In this document: in pieces, positions 1-9,410 of the stretch
Layout of the letters: each line of letters starts with the position of its first letter
Numbering within the stretch: position 1 is the first letter of the stretch
Assembly (NCBI GenBank): GCA_027624955.1
Contig: JAQBTG010000002.1
Coordinates: forward strand, 24,694 to 88,693
DNA from: Pseudomonadota bacterium
GTDB taxonomy: Bacteria; Pseudomonadota; Alphaproteobacteria; UBA828
Length of the DNA stretch: 64,000 nucleotides
Reading direction: 5' to 3'
The notes under the pieces: model-generated
Told to the model about the DNA's origin: nothing
Database searches by the model: none
What the model saw: only the letters and a program-made list of their open reading frames with translations
Translations under genes and position numbers: made by a program

Positions 1-833
1 TCCATCGAAATTCCAACCAGGATCGCGAATACCCGCCAAATGCGCCAGAAGGCGATATCGACCGCTTGCTGCGCCTCTGCCTTTTTGCCGTTGCGAATCA
101 TGATCTGAATGACCGGCGTGCCGATCTGGGCATGGCGCGCTTCATCTGATTGGATGCTGGTGATCAGGTTTGAGAAGGTGTAATCGCCCATGTTCGCGGC
201 ATCGCGCGACAGGCCGATCATCTGGACGTTGGTCAGGCCGGTCTCAAAAGCGAAATTGAGCATGAGTGAAGTGGTCGGCGCGTCGCGCGTCATCATCACA
301 TCGTCGAGCGCATGACGGCCAGCAACGACGGCCCAATTCTGGGTGTGATGGGCCTGATGCGCCCAATCGAATTGACGGTCTTTTTTGGCTAGCGCATGGG
401 CGAACCAGAGATGGATCTGGCCGTGCCGCATTTCGTCCAGCATGCCGAAGGTCGCCATGTTGCGCATGCTCGGCGCGCGGCCGAAGCGCACCATCCGTTC
501 GTCCGCATGGCAGGCGGCATATTCGGATAAAGAGATCGAGCCATAATGCATTTTTAAGGCGCTTAAATAGGCCGGGTCGGCGTCTTCGTAATAATCGGAA
601 TGTGCGAGGGCGGTGCGGACAGAATAGGCGCCCGAGTCTTTCTCGCGCTGAATGCGGACATATTCGCGGTACGACACTTTATAGGGCTCGTCGAACGTCT
701 CCCACTCGGCGACCGGAATGCCGTAGGGATCGCTCATTTCCGGCGGGAATATTTCCTGTTCATCGACATAGCGCGGCGTCCAGTTGGTGTCGCGCGCGAG
801 GTCGTACCATTCGGAGCGTTCGAGTCTGGGCAT
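1..833 (-). CDS. Soluble di-iron monooxygenase hydroxylase alpha subunit (TmoA/TouA-like, aromatic/alkene monooxygenase). Only the N-terminal ~277 aa are present; the 3' end lies beyond the window start.
   Basis: The reverse-strand translation from the ATG at 833 (RBS GGAGG 6 nt upstream) gives MPRLERSEWYDLARDTNWTPRYVDEQEIFPPEMSDPYGIPVAEWETFDEPYKVSYREYVRIQREKDSGAYSV..., which by recall closely resembles group-2 SDIMO alpha subunits (TmoA-like). Segments such as GMLDEMRHGQ and ITSIQSDEARHAQ are present. This ORF is missing from the six-frame track because it runs off the window edge. Confidence 0.8.
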   Translation of the reverse strand, partial: MPRLERSEWYDLARDTNWTPRYVDEQEIFPPEMSDPYGIPVAEWETFDEPYKVSYREYVRIQREKDSGAYSVRTALAHSDYYEDADPAYLSALKMHYGSISLSEYAACHADERMVRFGRAPSMRNMATFGMLDEMRHGQIHLWFAHALAKKDRQFDWAHQAHHTQNWAVVAGRHALDDVMMTRDAPTTSLMLNFAFETGLTNVQMIGLSRDAANMGDYTFSNLITSIQSDEARHAQIGTPVIQIMIRNGKKAEAQQAVDIAFWRIWRVFAILVGISM

Positions 834-1040
834 TGTCGTGCCTCCATGAAGCGATGACGTGCCGCCTTAGCAGCATTCCGTAGATCAGGAGCTGCCTCTC
901 CCGAGCAGAGAAAACCTAGCCCGGCAGGACGAATTGCACCGACGGTAGCATGTTTCTGGGAATGAGTCGGTGGTTTTGATCCAAATCAGCGCGGCACATG
1001 CGTCACCCGCGACGCTGGAAAGGGGCATCGGCTCGGAGTT

Positions 1041-1120
1041 GTCAGGCCCCAGGTCCTTGGACTTGTCAGGCCCCAGGTCTTTGGACTTATCAGGCCCCAG
1101 GTCTTTGGACTTATCAGGCC
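1041..1120. repeat. Perfect/near-perfect 24-bp tandem repeat, 3.3 copies (gtcaggccccaggtcYttggactt), in the intergenic region between the hyuB-like stop and the SDIMO alpha start.
   Basis: Units lie at 1041-1064, 1065-1088 and 1089-1112, with a partial unit at 1113-1120 that overlaps the hyuB-like stop codon. The spurious plus ORF 970-1239 reads SGPRSLDL x3 across it. Confidence 0.9.
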
Positions 1121-2961
1121 AATGCCGCGAGGCGGGATTGGCGGAGTTTGGTGGTGGCGCTGATGTCGACAGCGAGATCGTCGCGCGCCGGCGAGCCGGT
1201 GATGATCACGCCATAGACCGCTTCGGCCTTGGCGCGTGAGACATAGCGCTCCTGCACATCGTTGAGAACACGTTCGGTCTCGCGCGTCAGGGGGTCGCCG
1301 TAGCCGCCACCGCCATTGTCGACGGCGCGTAATCTATCGCCCGGCGAGAGATGGCAATAGGCATCGGTGGAATAAAACTCCTCGCTGCCGTCGGCGGCAA
1401 TCTTCATTTGGATGGCGGGCTGCGACGGCAAGCCGCCGAGCACGCCCTGCGGCACATTTTCCAAGCCGTTGGCGATATTGATGATCAGCATGGGTTCGAT
1501 GCGCGGCCCCATGATCACTTCCGACGCCGGGCCGCCGCGCCGCCGTCCGGCGCCGCATGAATCCTCCAGCGCGCGCACGCTTTCAACCTGGAACGGAAAG
1601 CGCTGTTCGTTGACCTCGATGCTGTCGCGGTAGACCAGCCCGGCGCTGACCGGATTGACCATGCCGTGCATGCCGTCATTGCGCGCTGAGGCGGGCATGC
1701 CGCCGGCCGACATGAACATCTGGTTCACATAGGGTGCGCCGCCGTTGCGCCAATCCTTGCCCGAGCACACGCCCGTGCCGGCGCCGTTGCACATATTGCC
1801 CTGGCTGAAGCCATAGCCGTCGCCGAGCTGAGCGAAGCCGGCCTGAATGGTATTGATGATGGTATCGGTCATATTGGTGGTGGCGACCGAGCAGCTATGC
1901 GGAAAGCGCGGAATGCCGGTGACGCAATTTTCGCGCAGCAGAATATCCAGCCGCCGGAAGCTGCCGGAATTGTGCGGAATGTCGGGATCGAGGCAGCAGA
2001 ACACCGCTTGCGCCGCCGACATGGTGGAGGTCGCCTCGGTCAGATTTAGTCCGGCATCGACGGAATCCGGATTGTCGCGCAGATCCACCTTGATCCGGCC
2101 GTCGGTGCTGTCGATATCGATAGCGACTTTGATCTGAATGCCGTCCGGCAGAAACGGCATGATCGGATCATGCACGCCGGTGGCGGAGATGGTGCCACCC
2201 GGCAGAGCGCGGATCGCCTCGGCCGTCCGTCGCTCGGAATAATCGAACCAGTCGGCGACGAATTTGCGCGTCATGGCCTTGCCGTATTTGCCGATGAACT
2301 CCTTCAGCCGGCGCTCGCCGATGCGGGCCGCGCCCATCGCCGCGAGATAATCGCCATACCATTGATCAGGCACGCGGATGCGCCGGCGGCACATGCGGAT
2401 GATATCCTGGTTGTCCTCATAATCGCTTTGCACCTGCACACAGGGAAAGATCAGCGCGCCTTCTTGATAGACGTCCTTGGCGGCGGCGAAATAGGTCGTC
2501 GGCTGGCTATTGCCGCAATCGGCCTGATGCGCCTTGACCGCCGCCGTAAAGAAATGCTCGCCCTCAAAAAATACCGGAATGAGAAAGGTATGATCCGCGG
2601 GGTGGCTGTTGCCGACATAGGGATCATTGTCGAGAAAGGCATCGCCCTCGCGAAAATCCGGATGATATTTCGCCATCGAGGCGGTTTGCAGATGCATGCC
2701 AAACACATGAATCGGCATCGCCTCGGCGACCGCCAGAACCTCGTCATCCGAGGTGATAATCGCGCAGGAAAAATCGCGCGCGATGCCGATCACCGCCGAG
2801 CGGGCGGAGAACAACACGGTGTTGGTCATCTCACGGCAGATCGCGTCCATGCGGTTGGCCATGATGGCGAGCAGCACAGAGTCGAACTGGCCGTCCTGGT
2901 CCGCCTGGCTCGTCTGGTCCGTCCCTGTACCGGACGCGGGATTGTTCTTGGATATAGCCAT
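1114..2961 (-). CDS. Hydantoinase B / 5-oxoprolinase family protein (HyuB-like, ATP-dependent amidohydrolase beta subunit).
   Basis: A 615-aa ORF with typical HyuB architecture and length. A GGGGAG RBS sits before the ATG, and the gene lies 12 bp downstream of the hyuA-like gene, so the two are translationally coupled. Confidence 0.85.
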   Translation of the reverse strand: MAISKNNPASGTGTDQTSQADQDGQFDSVLLAIMANRMDAICREMTNTVLFSARSAVIGIARDFSCAIITSDDEVLAVAEAMPIHVFGMHLQTASMAKYHPDFREGDAFLDNDPYVGNSHPADHTFLIPVFFEGEHFFTAAVKAHQADCGNSQPTTYFAAAKDVYQEGALIFPCVQVQSDYEDNQDIIRMCRRRIRVPDQWYGDYLAAMGAARIGERRLKEFIGKYGKAMTRKFVADWFDYSERRTAEAIRALPGGTISATGVHDPIMPFLPDGIQIKVAIDIDSTDGRIKVDLRDNPDSVDAGLNLTEATSTMSAAQAVFCCLDPDIPHNSGSFRRLDILLRENCVTGIPRFPHSCSVATTNMTDTIINTIQAGFAQLGDGYGFSQGNMCNGAGTGVCSGKDWRNGGAPYVNQMFMSAGGMPASARNDGMHGMVNPVSAGLVYRDSIEVNEQRFPFQVESVRALEDSCGAGRRRGGPASEVIMGPRIEPMLIINIANGLENVPQGVLGGLPSQPAIQMKIAADGSEEFYSTDAYCHLSPGDRLRAVDNGGGGYGDPLTRETERVLNDVQERYVSRAKAEAVYGVIITGSPARDDLAVDISATTKLRQSRLAALA

Positions 2962-2973
2962 ATTTAAGCTCCC

Positions 2974-5064
2974 CTACGCCTTGCTCTCGGTTTCTGTTTC
3001 CAACATATAATTCCGCCGCGCCGTCACCCGTGCGGTGGCGCCGGGATAGACGACGATGGTGGTGGTTGGCTCCTCAATAATTGCCGGGCCAGCGATCACA
3101 GCGCCGGGGCTGAGGTCCGTGCCGACATAGACCGGCGCGTCGAGGGCGTCGTCGCCGCCGAAATAGGTTTTCGAAACACGCCTGGCTTCGGGCGCCTTTA
3201 ATTCGCCCGCCGCTTCTTCCGGCAAATTCGGCTTGTCGAGGATCGCGGTCAGCCGGCCCTTCCAATTGACGCATTCGATGGCGCCGCCTTCTTCTTTCAT
3301 GGCGTAGCGGCGGAAATGCACATCGTGGAACGCCTGCACCAAAACCTCTACATCGGCGGCGCTTTTGACCGTCTCCAGCGGCATGGCGAATTCCATTTCC
3401 CACTGTTGATTGATGTAGCGCGCCTCGACAAAATATTCGCTTTTGAACTGGTTGATGCCGCGCTCGCGCAATTCTTCGCTGAAGGCCTCGATCTGCTGGG
3501 TGATGCCGCCGAGCGCGCGATCGACGCCGGCGAAATCGAAATTTCCCGAATGGGCGTATTGGCTGGCGCTGAATTCGGCGACGATGTTGGAATATTGCCC
3601 ACCGCAGGCGCTAAGCGCCCCAGCGGTGCGCGGCACCAGCACTTTGGCGCAGCCGAGTGCCTTGGCGATGGGCAGAATATTGAGACCGGCAGCGCCGCCG
3701 CCGGCGACGAGAATGCTCTCCGCCGGGTTAACACCGTCCTGCACGGTGATTTCCTGAATCGCCTTGATCATCTGCTCACCGGCGATGGTGATGATGGCAA
3801 AGGCCGCCTGCTCAACGCTCAACTTGCTCTGATCGGCAATTGCCGAAACAGCCTTGCGCGCCGCCGCCACATCGAGCGCCATGCGCCCGCCGAGAAAGAA
3901 ATGCGGATCGATATAGCCGAGCACCACGGCGGCATCGGTGACCGTCGCTTCGGTGCCGCCGCGGCCGTAACAGGCCGGGCCGGGCATCGCGCCGGCACTC
4001 TTGGGGCCGACCCGGAGCAGGCCGCCTGAATCGATCCAGGCGATGGAGCCGCCGCCGGCGCCGACGCTCCGCACATCGACCGAGGAGAGGCCGAGATTGT
4101 GGCCGATCCATTCGCCGAGCAACCACGTCTCGCGGGTGAATTTGATTTGCCCGGCGCGCACCATGCTGACGTCGAACGTCGTGCCGCCGGTGTCGACGAT
4201 GATGACGTCGTTGCCTTCGCCTTCCGCCTCGGCATAAGCGATGCCCGCCAGGGGCGCCATGGCCGGCCCCGATTTAACCGTGTAGATCGGCTTCTCAACC
4301 ACATCTTTGACATGCATAACGCCGCCCGAGCACGCGCTCACCAGGATTTCGCCCTGATAGTTGGCCGCGCGCAGATCGCTCTCAAAGCCAGAAAGATGGT
4401 GCTGCATGAGCGGCTTTAGCGAGGCATCGATGGCGGTGGAGGAGGTGCGCGGATATTCGCGGATGATCGGATTGAGCTGATGCGACAGCGTGTAGGGAAT
4501 GCCCGGCAGGATCTCTGCAATCAATTCGCCAAGGCGCTTTTCATGCGCCGAATTGACGATCGACCAAAGCAGGCTCACCGCGACGGCCTCGATATTCATG
4601 TTCGCCAGGCCGGCGATGGTGGCGCGCGCCGCCGCTTCGTCGAGCGCTGTCTCGACGCCGCCTTCGGCATTGATGCGCTCGGGAATTTCGAAGGTGAGGC
4701 GGCGCGGCACGTAGGGCGGTGGAAACTCAATCACAATATTGAGCGGCTCGCGCTTGCCGCCTTGGCGGTACAGCAGAATGTCGGGGAAGCCTTCGGTCAC
4801 GAGGAGGGCGGTCTTGGCGGTCTTTTTTTCCACGATGGAATTGGTCGAGCGCGTGGTGCCGTATATCAAAACTTCAGTCTCGCCCAGTAGAGTCACCACC
4901 GGAACACCGATGATTTCCGCCGCATTGGTCAACGCGGCGGAAAAGCCGTCATAGCTGCGTTCGGGTGTGGTCAGCGCCTTGCCGACCACCAAATGCCCTT
5001 GTGCATCTGCAACGACGACATCGGTGAAGGTGCCGCCAGTATCGACGGCAATGCGATAGCCCAT
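2974..5064 (-). CDS. Hydantoinase A / oxoprolinase family protein (HyuA-like). The start is probably the internal Met giving MGYRIAVDTGGTFTD (5064); the longest ORF extends to 5106.
   Basis: The N-terminal DxGGTFTD ATPase motif is present (RIAVDTGGTFTDVVV). Length is about 697 aa, and it forms a pair with the downstream HyuB-like gene. Confidence 0.85.
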   Translation of the reverse strand: MGYRIAVDTGGTFTDVVVADAQGHLVVGKALTTPERSYDGFSAALTNAAEIIGVPVVTLLGETEVLIYGTTRSTNSIVEKKTAKTALLVTEGFPDILLYRQGGKREPLNIVIEFPPPYVPRRLTFEIPERINAEGGVETALDEAAARATIAGLANMNIEAVAVSLLWSIVNSAHEKRLGELIAEILPGIPYTLSHQLNPIIREYPRTSSTAIDASLKPLMQHHLSGFESDLRAANYQGEILVSACSGGVMHVKDVVEKPIYTVKSGPAMAPLAGIAYAEAEGEGNDVIIVDTGGTTFDVSMVRAGQIKFTRETWLLGEWIGHNLGLSSVDVRSVGAGGGSIAWIDSGGLLRVGPKSAGAMPGPACYGRGGTEATVTDAAVVLGYIDPHFFLGGRMALDVAAARKAVSAIADQSKLSVEQAAFAIITIAGEQMIKAIQEITVQDGVNPAESILVAGGGAAGLNILPIAKALGCAKVLVPRTAGALSACGGQYSNIVAEFSASQYAHSGNFDFAGVDRALGGITQQIEAFSEELRERGINQFKSEYFVEARYINQQWEMEFAMPLETVKSAADVEVLVQAFHDVHFRRYAMKEEGGAIECVNWKGRLTAILDKPNLPEEAAGELKAPEARRVSKTYFGGDDALDAPVYVGTDLSPGAVIAGPAIIEEPTTTIVVYPGATARVTARRNYMLETETESKA

Positions 5065-5368
5065 TCCTGCTCTCCCGATTTCTTCATATTTGGCCGTGCG
5101 TACCACGCATTTTTAAGATGCTCGACGACCTTGTCCTTGGATTCGATCTTGCGCGAATTGGAGGCGGCGATCAAATACTCAAGCGCGTCTTTGGCAAAAC
5201 AGTCGAAATTATTTTTCGCCGCGCCGACGTCTAGGCTCCTCAGCCGCACGCCATCCTGTGACCAGGCCGTTTTTTGCGCTCGATCTCCAGCCAGCCAATA
5301 TTTTTAAAGCCTTGTTGGTGGCGGCCAGCTAACGTAGCAGCCCTCTGGATTGGGAAGGCGGCAAAATT

Positions 5369-6118
5369 ATGTTGAAGGATCGCGTGGGACTGGTGACGGG
5401 TGGTGCGTCCGGAATTGGGCGGGCGACGGTACTGGCCATGGCTGCGGCGGGGGCCAAGGTTCTCGTCGCCGATATCGATGAAGCGGGCGGTGAAGCGGTG
5501 GCGCGCGAAGTAACGGAGGCCGGTGGCGTCGCCGAGTTTCTGCGCGCCGATGTGTCTAACGCGGCAGATGTGAACGCCATGGTGGCGCGCGCATTGAGCG
5601 CCTTTGGCAGGCTCGATGCCGCCGTCAACAATGCCGGCCTCGAGGGCCCTGAGGCGCCGGTACAGGGACAGGACATGGCGCAGGTGCAGCGCGTGTTCGA
5701 TATCATGATTAACGGCGTCTATCTCGCCATGCAGGCTGAGATACCGGCCATGCTGGCTGGCGGCGGTGGCGCCATCGTCAATATGAGTTCGATTTGGGGC
5801 TTGTTCGGCTACGCCGATTGGTCGCCCTATATCACCGCAAAGCACGCGGTTTCCGGCATGACCAAAGCGGTGGCGCTTGAAGTCGCGGCCCAAGGCATCC
5901 GCATCAATGCGGTTGCCCCCGGACCGATCCACACGCCGCTCCTGCTGCGCCTGTGGGATAACGATCTCTCTGGGTCGGCGGCACGCGTGCCGATGCGCCG
6001 CATCGGCCAGCCCGAGGAGGTTGCCAATGCGGTCGTCTGGTTGCTTTCAGATCAATCCAGTTTCATCACCGGCCATATCCTGCCGATCGATGGCGGCATG
6101 CTGGCCGAGAAGGGCTGA
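5369..6118 (+). CDS. SDR family NAD(P)-dependent oxidoreductase.
   Basis: It carries TGGASGIGRA (the Rossmann TGxxxGxG motif), NNAG, and the catalytic S...YxxxK (YITAKH). It is paralogous to the SDR at 33551-34303. Confidence 0.9.
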   Translation: MLKDRVGLVTGGASGIGRATVLAMAAAGAKVLVADIDEAGGEAVAREVTEAGGVAEFLRADVSNAADVNAMVARALSAFGRLDAAVNNAGLEGPEAPVQGQDMAQVQRVFDIMINGVYLAMQAEIPAMLAGGGGAIVNMSSIWGLFGYADWSPYITAKHAVSGMTKAVALEVAAQGIRINAVAPGPIHTPLLLRLWDNDLSGSAARVPMRRIGQPEEVANAVVWLLSDQSSFITGHILPIDGGMLAEKG

Positions 6119-6414
6119 CCCGCGCTGCGTTGTGGGCCGAGCTGCGTTTGATCGTGCTCGGCGGCGAAGATGTTGGCGGGCTTCGTCACAGACTCGTTTA
6201 ACTGCCCGCCCGCACGCTAGATGATCGATCGTGGGAAGCGAGGGCTTCGACAGCTGCTCGCATTCATCCGGCCAGTTTAACCGGATCGGCGCCGCTGGGG
6301 CACTCGCGTTTGCGACAAAGCCTTATATAAAACCGGGGCTTACACTCCAGTAACGCTTGCTCCGACAGCGCCAAATCTGTCGCCGCACGAGCTGGCGATG
6401 CGCCCGACAGATTC

Positions 6415-6472
6415 AGAAGGCGCCTTCGTCTTGGAGGCCGTTGCATTGAAAACGTTGAGGTGGCTTCTGTAG
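6415..6472. repeat. Copy A of an imperfect ~58-bp direct repeat; copy B is at 11941-11998. The core is ggaggccgNtgcattgaaaacgttgNNgtggcttctg.
   Basis: By-eye alignment gives about 83% identity over ~58 bp, with a near-perfect 28-bp core. The two copies flank the lower-GC nhaA-nhaR-hflK'-kef block. Confidence 0.7.
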
Positions 6473-6736
6473 GCTTCACTTCTTGCCATGATGAAAAACG
6501 CCAACACACGCGTATTTGATGGCCGGTGCAAGTACATGGCGCCTGTGTTTATGCAAAGCTTCGATGCCATTATTGGCTATCAGAATCTCGCATTCATTTT
6601 CCAGCAACCGGATGTTGAGACCGCCTTTAAGTTAATCGTCTTGAACAACTAGAACTTTCTTCATAGCCTTACTTTCCACCCGAGGGAACGCATCCGATTG
6701 TCCCCCAGGTCATTAACTCCATCCGCGATCCAGAAT

Positions 6737-8137
6737 CTAGTCTTCCGCCTCTCCTGGCCTGCTAACTAGGTAGAGCCAAATGAATCCAGCCACGCCCGCC
6801 AGCAGGGAAGCGGCAATAATGCCCGTCTTGGCCACCAGCAACAAATCATTGCGCTCGCCAAAACCGAGCTGAGCGACAAATATGGACATGGTGAATCCGA
6901 TCCCGGCCAGCAACGACACACCAGCGATCTGGGTGAACCGCGTATTTTTCGGTAGTTCGGCCACACCCAGCTTCAGCACCAGCCAACTTGCCCCAGTGAT
7001 GCCAATGAACTTGCCCACCACTAGACCGAGCGACACACCGTGCATCACCGGATTGGTCAAAATTTCACCCAGCGAACCAGAAGATAGCGGAATGCCGGCG
7101 TTGGCCAAGGCGAAGATTGGAATTACGAAGTAGGCCACCGGCATATGCCAGGTATGCTCCAATCGCTGCAACGGGGCTTCAACGCTGTGCACACTGTTTT
7201 TCAAGGCCTGTACGACGGCACGCAACTCGATATTGGTCATGATGCTTTTCCCAGGTTTGTGGCTGGCATCAAAACGCCTTATGAGTTCTTTGACGTGCTC
7301 ACTGAAACGTGTCGGGTCGTACTTTGGTATCGCTGGGACCGATAGCGCTCCCAATATGCCAGCCAGAGTGGCGTGCACACCTGATTGCTGCATGGCGTAC
7401 CACATCAACACCGCGACAATAAAATAGGGCATGGTATTGCGGATGCCGACCAGATTGAAAGCCAGCAGCAAAGCGAAGAGACCGCCGCAGAGCGCTAGGG
7501 GACCAAACGCAATGGTGTCGGTATAGAATAACGCAATCACCATCACGGCACCCAGATCGTCTACAATCGCCAGAGCGACCAGAAAGGTGATCAAGGCCTT
7601 GGGCACCCGGCTTGCCAGCAAAGCCAGGGCACCAACTGCGAAAGCGATGTCGGTGGCCATGGGTATCCCCCATCCAGCCGCCGCGTCGCCTTGTGGGTTG
7701 AAGGCAAAATATATCAAGGCAGGCACAACCATGCCGCCAATTGCCGCCGCAATCGGCAGGATGGCATTTCGTAGTTTCGCCAGTTCTCCTACCAGCAACT
7801 CACGTTTAAGTTCCAATCCGACGACAAAGAAAAATAGCGCCATTAGGCCATCATTGATCCAATGGTGCAGGGTCATTTCCAGCGCCCAACTGCCGATGTC
7901 GAGGCTGATTAGGGTATGTACGACATGCTCATAGACGGAAGCCAACGGTCCGTTGGCCAGTACCAACGCGACGATTGCCATACACATCAGCAGTAAGCCG
8001 CTCGTGGTCTGGCGGTGAATAAACTCTTCAAACGGCGTGAGGATTTTGCCGAAACTTTTTTCCCAGGGAGCGTAATAAACGCCTCTTTTCATTTTGGGAA
8101 TACGGTTTGCTCCTGTGTTTTTATTTTTCATCACCAA
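6737..8137 (-). CDS. nhaA: Na+/H+ antiporter NhaA. The start could alternatively be the Met at 8092.
   Basis: The NhaA signature region HWINDGLMALFFFVVGLELKRE and a 12-TM-type hydrophobic profile are present. It lies immediately downstream of nhaR. Confidence 0.9.
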   Translation of the reverse strand: MVMKNKNTGANRIPKMKRGVYYAPWEKSFGKILTPFEEFIHRQTTSGLLLMCMAIVALVLANGPLASVYEHVVHTLISLDIGSWALEMTLHHWINDGLMALFFFVVGLELKRELLVGELAKLRNAILPIAAAIGGMVVPALIYFAFNPQGDAAAGWGIPMATDIAFAVGALALLASRVPKALITFLVALAIVDDLGAVMVIALFYTDTIAFGPLALCGGLFALLLAFNLVGIRNTMPYFIVAVLMWYAMQQSGVHATLAGILGALSVPAIPKYDPTRFSEHVKELIRRFDASHKPGKSIMTNIELRAVVQALKNSVHSVEAPLQRLEHTWHMPVAYFVIPIFALANAGIPLSSGSLGEILTNPVMHGVSLGLVVGKFIGITGASWLVLKLGVAELPKNTRFTQIAGVSLLAGIGFTMSIFVAQLGFGERNDLLLVAKTGIIAASLLAGVAGFIWLYLVSRPGEAED

Positions 8138-9023
8138 ACAGCGACTGACGAGCTGCCTCCACTATGGCGGAGACGACTGGGTGCTTGACTTGGCGCTCGA
8201 CGGAGATGGCGTAGAAATGCGCTTTCACCTCATTGACCCGGCCAATCACAGTCACCTGATACTGCCTCTCCACCTCTGCCTCGATAACAGCGGGCGCTAT
8301 GAAGATCCCGACACCTTCTTGCCCAAAAGCCTTCATCAGCGCGCTGTCATCAAACTCGGCAATTCTTTGCGGGTAGATGCGATGTTTGTTCAGCCACTGA
8401 TCAATACTGGAACGCAGTTGATTGCCGGTACTCGGAAACAGTAGCGGTGCGCCTTCCAGACACTGGGGAAAATCACCAATTAGCTTCTTTTTCAGTTTCG
8501 CTGTGGCAAAGAAGCTGACCGCGCTCTCGCCAAGTTTATGACTAAAACTTCGCGTGCTGACCGTGGGAGGAACAGGACTGTCGGCCAGTACCAAGTCAAG
8601 GCGGTGCACGGACAATTCTGCCAGCAAAGTATCGAGACCCGTCTCGCGGCAAATCATGCGTACTGGGTCCGGCATCCGCAGCGCAGGCTGAAGAATTCGA
8701 TGGGCGATGGACTTGGATAGCACGTCGACAACACCAACCCGAAACAATTGGGGGCGGTCGTCAGGCAGCCGATGAATCGTATTTTCCAACTCACCGCCCA
8801 GCGAGAAGATCTCATCAGCATAGCTCAATACAAGTTGCCCGGTCTCAGTGAGCTCCAAATTGCGGCCGACCCGGGAGAACAGTTTCACTCCCAGATGCTC
8901 CTCCAGCAAACTCAGTTGCCCGCTGATCGTTTGCGGTGTCAGGTTTAGCCGTTCACTGGCCCTAGAGACGCCGCCCTCCCTAGCTACCGACCAGAAATAA
9001 TGTAGATGCTTGTAGTTGATCAT
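8121..9023 (-). CDS. nhaR: LysR-family transcriptional activator NhaR. The start is probably the Met giving MINYKHLHYFW (9023); the longest ORF extends to 9089.
   Basis: The N-terminal MINYKHLHYFWSVAREGGVSRASERLNLTPQTISGQLSLLEEHLGVKLF resembles, by recall, E. coli NhaR (INYNHLYYFWHV...LTPQTITGQI). Its stop is adjacent to or overlaps the nhaA start. Confidence 0.85.
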   Translation of the reverse strand: MINYKHLHYFWSVAREGGVSRASERLNLTPQTISGQLSLLEEHLGVKLFSRVGRNLELTETGQLVLSYADEIFSLGGELENTIHRLPDDRPQLFRVGVVDVLSKSIAHRILQPALRMPDPVRMICRETGLDTLLAELSVHRLDLVLADSPVPPTVSTRSFSHKLGESAVSFFATAKLKKKLIGDFPQCLEGAPLLFPSTGNQLRSSIDQWLNKHRIYPQRIAEFDDSALMKAFGQEGVGIFIAPAVIEAEVERQYQVTVIGRVNEVKAHFYAISVERQVKHPVVSAIVEAARQSLFGDEK

Positions 9024-9052
9024 CGGAATACCATAGTTCGATAAATACGAAT

Positions 9053-9075
9053 AATACGTCATATATATTCGTATT
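9053..9075. promoter_or_regulatory. Candidate LysR-type operator (a T-N11-A-style palindrome, AATACG-N11-CGTATT) immediately upstream of the likely nhaR start.
   Basis: An inverted repeat aatacg tcatatatatt cgtatt lies in an AT-rich tract 30-50 bp upstream of the Met at 9023. Confidence 0.4.
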
Positions 9076-9410
9076 TTATTGAATTTCAAGGATGGCCACC
9101 ATAGTTGTTGTTGAAACTACAACGACAATGCAGCGGAGGGGTTGATACGGGCTGACGTCACCCCGGACATCTTTTGTCTGATCCCATTCAATGCGCAGTC
9201 ATGCCTAAAGTTGGCGGCGTACTTATTTCCAATATTGGCGATCACATTCAACGATTGCCTGCGAGGAAATCTCGTTTCGGCGCAGGCCGAGAACATTGTC
9301 GATAAGGTAAGATGATAGGGAAAATGCATCCGCATGACGGGAATTTTGGAAAAACGGGGCATGGTAAAGCCACGAATTATTTATAACTTGAGAGACGAAT
9401 AAACTGTTAC

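Noticed and set aside
266-883. 205-aa plus-strand ORF (Arg/Ser-rich), and the overlapping 600-857 ORF.
   Set aside because: Its composition is typical of an off-frame read of GC-rich DNA. It lies entirely inside the well-supported minus-strand SDIMO alpha gene (1-833), which has a strong RBS and family-level similarity.
834-900. Possible sigma-54 (-24 GG / -12 GC) promoter just upstream of the SDIMO alpha start (GGCACG-N4-CGCT on the minus strand).
   Set aside because: The -12 element does not match TTGC(A/T), and the element would sit only about 30 nt from the start codon. The evidence is too weak to call.
1041-1120. CRISPR array at the 24-bp repeats (also considered for 57886-58192).
   Set aside because: The repeats are contiguous with no spacers. 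The second array is in-frame coding sequence of a cupredoxin tail. No cas genes are anywhere in the window.
970-1239. 89-aa ORF containing SGPRSLDL x3.
   Set aside because: It is simply the translation of the 24-bp intergenic tandem repeat, and it overlaps the 3' end of the hyuB-like gene on the other strand. There is no RBS and no domain.
1114-5106. Calling the first HyuA/HyuB pair an acetone carboxylase because of the adjacent SDIMO.
   Set aside because: No gamma-subunit gene is present. The HyuB-like subunit is about 615 aa, whereas acetone carboxylase alpha is about 770 aa. Both sizes match ordinary hydantoinase/oxoprolinase subunits.
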